NCBI GenBank assembly: GCA_964016885.1
Contig: OZ024759.1
Coordinates: 3,782,001 to 3,846,000, forward strand
Length of the DNA: 64,000 nt
DNA from: Eledone cirrhosa
Lineage: Eukaryota
Direction: 5' to 3'
The notes under the pieces were generated by a model, which made no database searches, was not told the origin of the DNA, and saw only the letters and a list, made by a program, of their open reading frames with translations. Positions within the stretch are counted from its first letter, which is position 1; each line of letters opens with the position of its first letter. The position numbers and the translations under genes were made by a program. Shown in pieces: positions 1 through 12,000 of this stretch.

Positions 1-3000
1 TCTGTGTGTCTAAGGTGTCTGTGTGTCTACAGTGTCTGTGTGTCTACAATGTCTGTGTGTCTACAGTGACTGTGTGTCTACAGTGTCTGTGTGTCTAAAA
101 TGTCTGTGTCTACAGTTTCTGTGTGTCTACAGTGTCTGTGTGTCTACAATGTCTGTGTGTCTACAGTGTCTGTGTCTACAGTGTCTGTGTCTACAGTGTC
201 TGTGTGTCTAAAATGTCTGTGTCTACAGTGACTATGTGTCTACAGTGTCTACAATGTTTGTGTGTCTACAGTGTCTCTGTGTCTACAATGCCTGTGTCTA
301 CAGTGCCTGTGTCTACAATGACTGTGTGTCTACAGTGTCTGTGTGTCTACAGTGTCTGTGTCTACAGTGTCTGTGTGTCTACAGTGTCTGTGTGTCTACA
401 GTGTCTGTGTGTCTACAATGTCTGTGTGTCTACAGTGTCTGTGTGTCTACAGTGTCTCTGTGTCTACAATGCCTGTGTCTACAGTGCCTGTGTCTACAAT
501 GTCTGTGTGTCTACAGTGTCTGTGTCTACAGTGTCTGTGTGTCTACAGTGTCTGTGTGTCTACAATGTCTGTGTGTCTACAATGTCTGTGTGTCTACAAT
601 GTCTGTGTGTCTACAATGTCTGTGTGTCTACAATGTCTGTGTGTCTACAATGTCTGTGTGTCTACAGTGTCTGTGTGTCTACAGTGTCTGTGTGTCTACA
701 GTGACTGTATATACAGTGTCTGTGTGTCTACAGTGTCTGTGTGTCTACAATGTCTGTGTCTACAGTGTCTGTGTGTCTAAAATGTCTGTGTCTACAGTTA
801 CTGTGTGTCTACAGTGTCTGTGTGTCTACAATGTCTGTGTGTCTGTGTGTCTACAGTGTCTGTGTGTCTACAATGTCTGTGTGTCTACAATGTCTGTGTG
901 TCTACAGTGTCTGTGTGTCTACAGTGTCTGTGTGTCTACAGTGTCTGTGTGTCTACAGTGACTGTATATACAGTGTCTGTGTGTCTACAGTGTCTGTGTG
1001 TCTACAGTGTCTGTGTGTCTACAATGCCTGTGTCTACAGTGTATGTGTGTCTACAGTGTCTGTGTCTACTGTGTCTACAGTGTCTGTGTCTACAGTGTCT
1101 GAGTCTACAATGTCTGTGTGTCTACAGTGTCTGTGTGTGTACAGTGTCTGTGTCTACAGTGTCTGTGTCTACAGTGTCTGAGTCTACAATGTCTGTGTGT
1201 CTACAATGCCTGTGTCTACAGTGTCTGTGTGTCTGTGTCTACAGTGTCTGTGACTACAAAGCCTGTGTCTACAGTGTCTGTGTGTCTACAGTTTCTGTGT
1301 CTACAGTGTCTGTGTCTGCAGTGTCTGAGTCTACAATGTCTGTGTGTCTACAGTGTCTGTGTCTACAGTGTCTGTGTGTCTACAGTGTCTGTGTGTCTAC
1401 AATGTCTGTGTGTCTACAGTGTCTGTGTGTCTACAATGTCGGTGTGTCTACAGTGTCTGTGTGTCTACAGTGTATGTGTCTACAGTGACTGTGTGTCTAC
1501 AGTGTCTGTGTGTCTACAATGTTTGTGTGTCTACAGTGTCTCTGTGTCTACAATGCCTGTGTCTACAGTGCCTGTGTCAACAGTGCCTGTGTCTACAATG
1601 TCTGTGTGTCTACAGTGTCTGTGTGTCTACAGTGTCTGTGTGTCTACAGTGTCTGTGTGTCTACAGTGTCTGTGTTTCTACAGTGTCTGTGTGTCTACAG
1701 TGACTGTATATACAGTGTCTGTGTGTCTACAGTGTCTGTGTGTCTACAGTGTCTGTGTGTCTACAGTGTCTACAGTGTCTGTGTGTCTACAATATCTGTG
1801 TCTACAGTGTCTGTGTGTCTAAAATGTCTGTGTCTACAGTGACTGTGTGTCTACAGTGTCTGTGTGTCTACAATGTCTGTGTGTCTACAGTGTCTGTGTG
1901 TCTACAGTGTCTCTGTGTCTACAATGCCTGTGTCTACAGTGCCTGTGTCTACAATGTCTGTGTGTCTACAGTGTCTGTGTGTCTACAGTGTCTATGTCTA
2001 CAGTGTCTGTGTGTCTACAGTGTCTGTGTCTACAGTGTCTGTGTGTCTACAGTGTCTGTGTGTCTACAATGTCTGTGTGTCTACAATGTCTGTGTGTCTA
2101 CAATGTCTGTGTGTCTACAGTGTCTGTGTGTCTACAGTGTCTGTGTGTCTACAGTGACTGTATATACAGTGTCTGTGTGTCTACAGTGTCTGTGTGTCTA
2201 CAGTGTCTGTGTGTCTACAATGCCTGTGTCTACAGTGTATGTGTGTCTACAGTGTCTGTGTCTACTGTGTCTACAGTGTCTGCGTCTACAGTGTCTGAGT
2301 CTACAAAGTCTGTGTGTCTACAGTGTCTGTGTGTGTACAGTGTCTGTGTCTACAGTGTCTGAGTCTACAATGTCTGTGTGTCTACAATGCCTGTGTCTAC
2401 AGTGTCTGTGTGTCTGTGTCTACAGTGTCTGTGACTACAAAGCCTGTGTCTACAGTGTCTGTGTGTCTACAGTGTCTGTGTCTACAGTGTCTGTGTCTGC
2501 AGTGTCTGAGTCTACAATGTCTGTGTGTCTACAGTGTCTGTGTCTACAGTGTCTGTGTGTCTACAGTGTCTGTGTGTCTACAATGTCTGTGTGTCTACAG
2601 TGTCTGTGTGTCTACAGTGTCGGTGTGTCTACAGTGTCTGTGTGTCTACAGTGTATGTGTCTACAGTGTCTGTGTGTCTAAAATGTCTGTGTCTACAGTG
2701 ACTGTGTGTCTACAGTGTCTGTGTGTCTACAATGTCTGTGTGTCTACAGTGTCTGTGTGTCTACAGTGTCTCTGTGTCTACAATGCCTGTGTCTACAGTG
2801 CCTGTGTCAACAGTGCCTGTGTCTACAATGTCTGTGTGTCTACAGTGTCTGTGTGTCTACAGTGTCTGTGTGTCTACAGTGTCTGTGTGTCTACAGTGTC
2901 TGTGTTTCTACAGTGTCTGTGTGTCTACAGTGACTGTATATACAGTGTCTGTGTGTCTACAGTGTCTGTGTGTCTACAGTGTCTGTGTGTCTACAATATC

Positions 3001-6000
3001 TGTGTCTACAGTGTCTGTGTGTCTAAAATGTCTGTGTCTACAGTGACTGTGTGTCTACAGTGTCTGTGTGTCTACAATGTCTGTGTGTCTACAGTGTCTG
3101 TGTGTCTACAGTGTCTCTGTGTCTACAATGCCTGTGTCTACAGTGCCTGTGTCTACAATGTCTGTGTGTCTACAGTGTCTGTGTGTCTACAGTGTCTATG
3201 TCTACAGTGTCTGTGTGTCTACAGTGTCTGTGTCTACAGTGTCTGTGTGTCTACAGTGTCTGTGTGTCTACAGTGTCTATGTCTACAGTGTCTGTGTGTC
3301 TACAGTGTCTATGTCTACAGTGTCTGTGTGTCTACAGTGACTGTATATACAGTGTCTGTGTGTCTACAGTGTTTGTGTGTCTACAGTGTCTGTTTGTCTA
3401 CAATGCCTGTGTCTACAGTGTATGTGTGTCTACAGTGTCTGTGTCTACTGTGTCTACAGTGTCTGAGTCTACAATGTCTGTGTGTCTACAGTGTCTGTGT
3501 GTGTACAGTGTCTGTGTCTACAGTGTCTGAGTCTACAATGCCTGTGTGTCTACAATGCCTGTGTCTACATTGTCCGTGTGTCTGTGTCTACAGTGTCTGT
3601 GTCTACAATACCTGTGTCTAGAGTGTCTGTGTGTCTACAGTGTCTGAGTCTACAATGTCTGTGTGTCTACAATGCCTGTGTCTACAGTGTCCGTGTGTCT
3701 GTGTCTACAGTGTCTGTGACTACAAAGCCTGTGTCTACAGTGTCTGTGTGTCTACAGTGTCTGTGTCTACAGTGTCTGTGTCTACAGTGTCTGAGTCTAC
3801 AATGTCTGTGTGTCTACAGTGTCTGTGTCTACAGTGTCTGTGTGTCTACAGTGTCTGTGTGTCTACAGTGTCTGTGTCTACAGTGTCTGTGTGTCTACAG
3901 TGTCTGTGTGTCTACAGTGTCTGTGTGTCTACAGTGTCTGTGTGTCTACAGTGTCTGTGTCTACAGTGTCTGTCTGTCTACAGTGTCTGTGTCTACAGTG
4001 TCTGTGTGTCTACAATGTCTGTGTGTCTACAATGTCTGTGTGTCTACAGTGTCTGTGTCTACAGTGTCTGTGTGTCTACAGTGTCTGTGTCTACAGTGTC
4101 TGTGTGTCCACAGTGTCTGTGTCTACAGTGTCTGTGTGTCTACAGTGTCTGTGTCTACAGTGTCTGTGTGTCTACAGTGTCTGTGTCTACAGTATCTGTG
4201 TGTCTACAGTGTCTGTGTGTCTACAATGTCTGTGTGTCTACAATGTCTGTGTGTCTACAATGTCTGTGTGTCTACAGTGTCTGTGTGTCTACAGTGTCTG
4301 TGTATCTACAGTGTCTGTGTGTCTACAGTGACTGTGTGTCTACAATGTCTGTGTGTCTACAATGTCTGTGTCTACAGTGTCTGTGTATCTACAGTGTCTG
4401 TGTGTCTACAATGCCTGTGTCTCTACATTGTCTGTGTGTCTACAATGTCTGTGTGTCTACAATGTCTGTGTCTCTACAGTGTCTGTGTGTCTACAATGTC
4501 TGTGTGTTTACAATGTCTGTGTGTCTACAGTGTTTGTGTGTCTACAGTGTCTGTGTGTCTACAGTGACTGTGTGTCTACAATGTCTGTGTGTCTACAATG
4601 TCTGAGTGTCTACAATGTCTGTGTGTCTACAATGTCTGTGTGTCTACAGTGCCTGTGTCTACAATATCTGTGTGTCTACAATATCTGTGTGTCTACAGTG
4701 TCTGTATCTACAGTGTCTGTGTGTCTACAGTGTCTGTGTGTCTACAATATCTGTGTGTCTACAATATCTGTGTGTCTACAGTGTCTGTATCTACAGTGTC
4801 TGTGTCTCTACAGTGTCTGTGTCTACAATGTCTGTGTGTCTAAGGTGTCTGTGTGTCTACAGTGTCTGTGTGTCTACAATGTCTGTGTGTCTACAGTGAC
4901 TGTGTGTCTACAGTGTCTGTGTGTCTAAAATGTCTGTGTCTACAGTTTCTGTGTGTCTACAGTGTCTGTGTGTCTACAATGTCTGTGTGTCTACAGTGTC
5001 TGTGTCTACAGTGTCTGTGTCTACAGTGTCTGTGTGTCTAAAATGTCTGTGTCTACAGTGACTGTGTGTCTACAGTGTCTACAATGTTTGTGTGTCTACA
5101 GTGTCTCTGTGTCTACAATGCCTGTGTCTACAGTGCCTGTGTCTACAATGACTGTGTGTCTACAGTGTCTGTGTGTCTACAGTGTCTGTGTCTACAGTGT
5201 CTGTGTGTCTACAGTGTCTGTGTGTCTACAGTGTCTGTGTGTCTACAATGTCTGTGTGTCTACAGTGTCTGTGTGTCTACAGTGTCTCTGTGTCTACAAT
5301 GCCTGTGTCTACAGTGCCTGTGTCTACAATGTCTGTGTGTCTACAGTGTCTGTGTCTACAGTGTCTGTGTGTCTACAGTGTCTGTGTGTCTACAATGTCT
5401 GTGTGTCTACAATGTCTGTGTGTCTACAATGTCTGTGTGTCTACAATGTCTGTGTGTCTACAATGTCTGTGTGTCTACAGTGTCTGTGTGTCTACAGTGT
5501 CTGTGTGTCTACAGTGTCTGTGTGTCTACAGTGTCTGTGTGTCTACAGTGACTGTATATACAGTGTCTGTGTGTCTACAGTGTCTGTGTGTCTACAGTGT
5601 CTGTGTGTCTACAATGTCTGTGTCTACAGTGTCTGTGTGTCTAAAATGTCTGTGTCTACAGTTACTGTGTGTCTACAGTGTCTGTGTGTCTACAATGTCT
5701 GTGTGTCTACAGTGTCTGTGTGTCTACAGTGTTTGTGTGTCTACAGTGTCTGTGTGTCTACAGTGACTGTGTGTCTACAATGTCTGTGTGTCTACAATGT
5801 CTGAGTGTCTACAATGTCTGTGTGTCTACAATGTCTGTGTGTCTACAGTGCCTGTGTCTACAGTGCCTGTGTCTACAATGTCTGTGTGTCTACAGTGTCT
5901 GTGCCTACAATGCCTGTGTCTACAATGCCTGTGTCTACAGTGTCTGTGTGTCTACAGTGTCTGTGTCTACAGTGTCTGAGTCTACAATGTCTGTGTGTCT

Positions 6001-9000
6001 ACAGTGTCTGTGTCTACAGTGTCCGTGTGTCTGTCTACATTGTCCGTGTGTCTACAGTGTCTGTGTCTACAGTGTCTGTGTGTCTACAGTGTCTGTGTCT
6101 ACAGTGTCTGTGTGTCTACGTCTGTGTGTCTACACTGTCTGTCTGTCTACAGTGTTTGTGTGTCTACAGTGTCTGTGTGTCTACAATGTCTGTGTCTACA
6201 GTGTTTGTGTGTCTACAGTGTCTGTGTGTCTACAGTGTCTGTGCCTACAGTGTCTGGGTGTCTACAATGTCTGTGTGTCTACAGTGTCTGTGTGTCTACA
6301 GTGTATGTGTCTACAGTGTCTGTGTGTCTACAATGTTTGTGTGTCTACAGTGTCTCTGTGTCTACAATGCCTGTGTCTACAGTGCCTGTGTCAACAGTGC
6401 CTGTGTCTACAATGTCTGTGTGTCTACAGTGTCTGTGTGTCTACAGTGTCTGTGTGTCTACAGTGTCTGTGTTTCTACAGTGTCTGTGTGTCTACAGTGA
6501 CTGTATATACAGTGTCTGTGTGTCTACAGTGTCTGTGTGTCTACAGTGTCTACAGTGTCTGTGTGTCTACAATATATGTGTCTACAGTGTCTGTGTGTCT
6601 AAAATGTCTGTGTCTACAGTGACTGTGTGTCTACAGTGTCTGTGTGTCTACAATGTCTGTGTGTCTACAGTGTCTGTGTGTCTACAGTGTCTCTGTGTCT
6701 ACAATGCCTGTGTCTACAGTGCCTGTGTCTACAATGTCTGTGTGTCTACAGTGTCTGTGTGTCTACAGTGTCTATGTCTACAGTGTCTGTGTGTCTACAG
6801 TGTCTGTGTCTACAGTGTCTGTGTGTCTACAGTGTCTGTGTGTCTACAGTGTCTATGTCTACAGTGTCTGTGTGTCTACAGTGTCTATGTCTACAGTGTC
6901 TGTGTGTCTACAGTGACTGTATATACAGTGTCTGTGTGTCTACAGTGTTTGTGTGTCTACAGTGTTTGTGTGTCTACAGTGTCTGTTTGTCTACAATGCC
7001 TGTGTCTACAGTGTATGTGTGTCTACAGTGTCTGTGTCTACTGTGTCTACAGTGTCTGAGTCTACAATGTCTGTGTGTCTACAGTGTCTGTGTGTGTACA
7101 GTGTCTGTGTCTACAGTGTCTGTGTCTACAGTGTCTGAGTCTACAATGCCTGTGTGTCTACAATGCCTGTGTCTACATTGTCCGTGTGTCTGTGTCTACA
7201 GTGTCTGTGTCTACAATACCTGTGTCTAGAGTGTCTGTGTGTCTACAGTGTCTGAGTCTACAATGTCTGTGTGTCTACAATGCCTGTGTCTACAGTGTCC
7301 GTGTGTCTGTGTCTACAGTGTCTGTGACTACAAAGCCTGTGTCTACAGTGTCTGTGTGTCTACAGTGTCTGTGTCTACAGTGTCTGTGTCTACAGTGTCT
7401 GAGTCTACAATGTCTGTGTGTCTACAGTGTCTGTGTCTACAGTGTCTGTGTGTCTACAGTGTCTGTGTGTCTACAGTGTCTGTGTGTCTACAGTGTCTGT
7501 GTGTCTACAGTGTATGTGTCTACAGTGACTGTGTGTCTACAGTGTCTGTGTGTCTACAATGTTTGTGTGTCTACAGTGTCTCTGTGTCTACAATGCCTGT
7601 GTCTACAGTGCCTGTGTCAACAGTGCCTGTGTCTACAATGTCTGTGTGTCTACAGTGTCTGTGTGTCTACAGTGTCTGTGTGTCTACAGTGTCTGTGTCT
7701 ACAGTGTCTGTGTGTCTACAATGTCTGTGTGTCTACAATGTCTGTGTGTCTACAGTGTCTGTGTCTACAGTGTCTGTGTGTCTACAGTGTCTGTGTCTAC
7801 AGTATCTGTGTGTCTACAGTGTCTGTGTGTCTACAATGTCTGTGTGTCTACAATGTCTGTGTGTCTACAATGTCTGTGTGTCTACAGTGTCTGTGTGTCT
7901 ACAGTGTCTGTGTATCTACAGTGTCTGTGTGTCTACAGTGACTGTGTGTCTACAATGTCTGTGTGTCTACAATGTCTGTGTCTACAGTGTCTGTGTATCT
8001 ACAGTGTCTGTGTGTCTACAATGCCTGTGTCTCTACATTGTCTGTGTCTACAGTGTCTGTGTGTCTACAATGTCTGTGTGTCTACAATGTCTGTGTCTCT
8101 ACAGTGTCTGTGTGTCTACAATGTCTGTGTGTTTACAATGTCTGTGTCTACAGTGTCTGTGTGTCTACAGTGTCTGTGTGTCTACAATATCTGTGTGTCT
8201 ACAATATCTGTGTGTCTACAATATCTGTGTGTCTACAGTGTCTGTATCTACAGTGTCTGTGTCTCTACAGTGTCTGTGTCTACAATGTCTGTGTGTCTAA
8301 GGTGTCTGTGTGTCTACAGTGTCTGTGTGTCTACAATGTCTGTGTGTCTACAGTGTCTGTGTGTCTAAAATGTCTGTGTCTACAGTTTCTGTGTGTCTAC
8401 AGTGTCTGTGTGTCTACAGTGTCTGTGTGTCTACAGTGTCTGTGTCTACAGTGTCTGTGTGTCTAAAATGTCTGTGTCTACAGTGACTGTGTATCTACAG
8501 TGTCTACAATGTTTGTGTGTCTACAGTGTCTCTGTGTCTACAATGCCTGTGTCTACAGTGCCTGTGTCTACAATGAATGTGTGTCTACAGTGTCTGTGTG
8601 TCTACAGTGTCTGTGTCTACAGTGTCTGTGTCTACAATACCTGTGTCTAGAGTGTCTGTGTGTCTACAGTGTCTGAGTCTACAATGTCTGTGTGTCTACA
8701 ATGCCTGTGTCTACAGTGTCCGTGTGTCTGTGTCTACAGTGTCTGTGACTACAAAGCCTGTGTCTACAGTGTCTGTGTGTCTACAGTGTCTGTGTCTACA
8801 GTGTCTGAGTCTACAATGTCTGTGTGTCTACAGTGTCTGTGTCTACAGTGTCTGTGTGTCTACAGTGTCTGTGTGTCTACAATGTCTGTGTGTCTACAGT
8901 GTCTGTGTGTCTACAGTGTCTGTGTGTCTACAGTGTATGTGTCTACAGTGACTGTGTGTCTACAGTGTCTGTGTGTCTACAATGTTTGTGTGTCTACAGT

Positions 9001-12000
9001 GTCTCTGTGTCTACAATGCCTGTGTCTACAGTGCCTGTGTCAACAGTGCCTGTGTCTACAATGTCTGTGTGTCTACAGTGTCTGTGTGTCTACAGTGTCT
9101 GTGTGTCTACAGTGTCTGTGTCTACAGTGTCTGTGTGTCTACAATGTCTTTGTGTCTACAATGTCTGTGTGTCTACAGTGTCTGTGTCTACAGTGTCTGT
9201 GTGTCTACAGTGTCTGTGTCTACAGTGTCTGTGTGTCTACAGTGTCTGTGTGTCTACAGTGTCTGTGTCTACAGTGTCTGTGTGTCTACAGTGTCTGTGT
9301 CTACAGTGTCTGTGTGTCTACAGTGTCTGTGTGTCTACAATGTCTGTGTGTCTACAATGTCTGTGTGTCTACAGTGTCTGTGTGTCTACAGTGTCTGTGT
9401 GTCTACAGTGTCTGTGTGTCTACAGTGACTGTGTATCTACAGTGTCTGTGTGTCTACAATGCCTGTGTCTCTACATTGTCTGTGTCTACAGTGTCTGTGT
9501 GTCTACAATGTCTGTGTGTCTACAGTGTCTGTGTGTCTACAGTGTCTGTGTGTCTACAATGTCTGTGTCTCTACATTGTCTGTGTCTCTACAGTGTCTCT
9601 GTCTACAGTGTCTGTGTGTCTACAATGTCTGTGTGTCTACAATGTCTGTGTGTCTACAATGTCTGTGTGTCTACAATGTCTGTGTGTCTACAGTGTCTCT
9701 GTGTCTACAGTGTCTGTGTGTCTACAGTGTCTGTGTTTCTACAGTGTCTGTGTGTCTACAGTGTCTGTGTGTGTACAGTGTCTGTGTCTACTGTGTCTAC
9801 AGTGTCTGTGTCTACAGTGTCTGAGTCTACAATGTCTGTGTGTCTACAGTGTCTGTGTGTGTACAGTGTCTGTGTCTACAGTGTCTGAGTCTACAATGTC
9901 TGTGTGTCTACAATGCCTGTGTCTACAGTGTCCGTGTGTCTGTGTCTACAGTGTCTGTGTCTACAATACCTGTGTCTACAGTGTCTGTGTGTCTACAGTC
10001 TCTGAGTCTACAATGTCTGTGTGTCTACAATGCCTGTGTCTACAGTGTCCGTGTGTCTGTGTCTACAGTGTCTGTGAATACAATGCCTGTGTCTACAGTG
10101 TCTGTGTGTCTGTGTCTACAGTGTCTGTGTCTACAGTGTCTGAGTCTACAATGTCTGTGTGTCTACAGTGTCTGTGTCTACAATGTCTGTGTCTACAGTG
10201 TCCGTGTGTCTGTCTACAGTGTCTGTGTGTCTACAGTGTCTGTGTCTACAGTGACTGTGTGTCTACAGTGTCTGTGTGTCTACAATATGTGTCTACAGTG
10301 TCTGTGTCTACAGTGTCTGTGTGTCTACACTGTCTGTCTGTCTACAGTGTTTGTGTATCTACAGTGTCTGTGTGACTACAATGTATGTGTGTCTACAGTG
10401 TCTGTGTGTCTACGTCTGTGTGTCTACAGTGTCTGTGTGTCTACAGTGTATGTGTCTCTACATTGTCTGTGTGTCTACAGTGTCTGTGTCTACAGTGTCT
10501 GTGTGTCTACAGTGTCTGTGTGTCTACAGTGTCTGTGTGTCTACAGTGTCTGTGTGTCTACAGTGTCTGTGTCTACAGTGTCTGTCTGTCTACAGTGTCT
10601 GTGTCTACAGTGTCTGTGTGTCTACAATGTCTGTGTGTCTACAATGTCTGTGTGTCTACAGTGTCTGTGTCTACAGTGTCTGTGTGTCTACAGTGTCTGT
10701 GTCTACAGTGTCTGTGTGTCCACAGTGTCTGTGTCTACAGTGTCTGTGTGTCTACAGTGTCTGTGTCTACAGTGTCTGTGTGTCTACAGTGTCTGTGTCT
10801 ACAGTGTCTGTGTATCTACAGTGTCTGTGTGTCTACAGTGACTGTGTGTCTACAATGTCTGTGTGTCTACAATGTCTGTGTCTACAGTGTCTGTGTATCT
10901 ACAGTGTCTGTGTGTCTACAATGCCTGTGTCTCTACATTGTCTGTGTCTACAGTGTCTGTGTGTCTACAATGTCTGTGTGTCTACAATGTCTGTGTCTCT
11001 ACAGTGTCTGTGTGTCTACAATGTCTGTGTGTTTACAATGTCTGTGTCTACAGTGTCTGTGTGTCTACAGTGTCTGTGTGTCTACAATATCTGTGTGTCT
11101 ACAATATCTGTGTGTCTACAGTGTCTGTATCTACAGTGTCTGTGTCTCTACAGTGTCTGTGTCTACAATGTCTGTGTGTCTAAGGTGTCTGTGTGTCTAC
11201 AGTGTCTGTGTGTCTACAATGTCTGTGTGTCTACAGTGACTGTGTGTCTACAGTGTCTGTGTGTCTAAAATGTCTGTGTCTACAGTTTCTGTGTGTCTAC
11301 AGTGTCTGTGTGTCTACAATGTCTGTGTCTACAGTGTCTGTGTCTACAGTGTCTGTGTGTCTAAAATGTCTGTGTCTACAGTGACTGTGTGTCTACAGTG
11401 TCTACAATGTTTGTGTGTCTACAGTGTCTCTGTGTCTACAATGCCTGTGTCTACAGTGCCTGTGTCTACAATGACTGTGTGTCTACAGTGTCTGTGTGTC
11501 TACAGTGTCTGTGTCTACAGTGTCTGTGTGTCTACAATGTCTGTGTGTCTACAATGTCTGTGTGTCTACAATGTCTGTGTGTCTACAATGTCTGTGTGTC
11601 TACAATGTCTGTGTGTCTACAGTGTCTGTGTGTCTACAGTGTCTGTGTGTCTACAGTGACTGTATATACAGTGTCTGTGTGTCTACAGTGTCTGTGTGTC
11701 TACAGTGTCTGTGTGTCTACAATGTCTGTGTCTACAGTGTCTGTGTGTCTAAAATGTCTGTGTCTACAGTTACTGTGTGTCTACAGTGTCTGTGTGTCTA
11801 CAATGTCTGTGTGTCTACAGTGTCTGTGTGTCTACAGTGTCTGTGTGTCTACAATGTCTGTGTGTCTACAATGTCTGTGTGTCTACAATGTCTGTGTGTC
11901 TACAGTGTCTGTGTGTCTACAGTGTCTGTGTGTCTACAGTGTCTGTGTGTCTACAGTGACTGTATATACAGTGTCTGTGTGTCTACAGTGTCTGTGTGTC

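Noticed and set aside
4108-4116. CACAGTG (V(D)J RSS heptamer) in variant monomers; consensus TACAGTG is one base off
   Set aside because: No nonamer (ACAAAAACC) at 12 or 23 bp spacing and no antigen-receptor segments; it is a single T>C variant.
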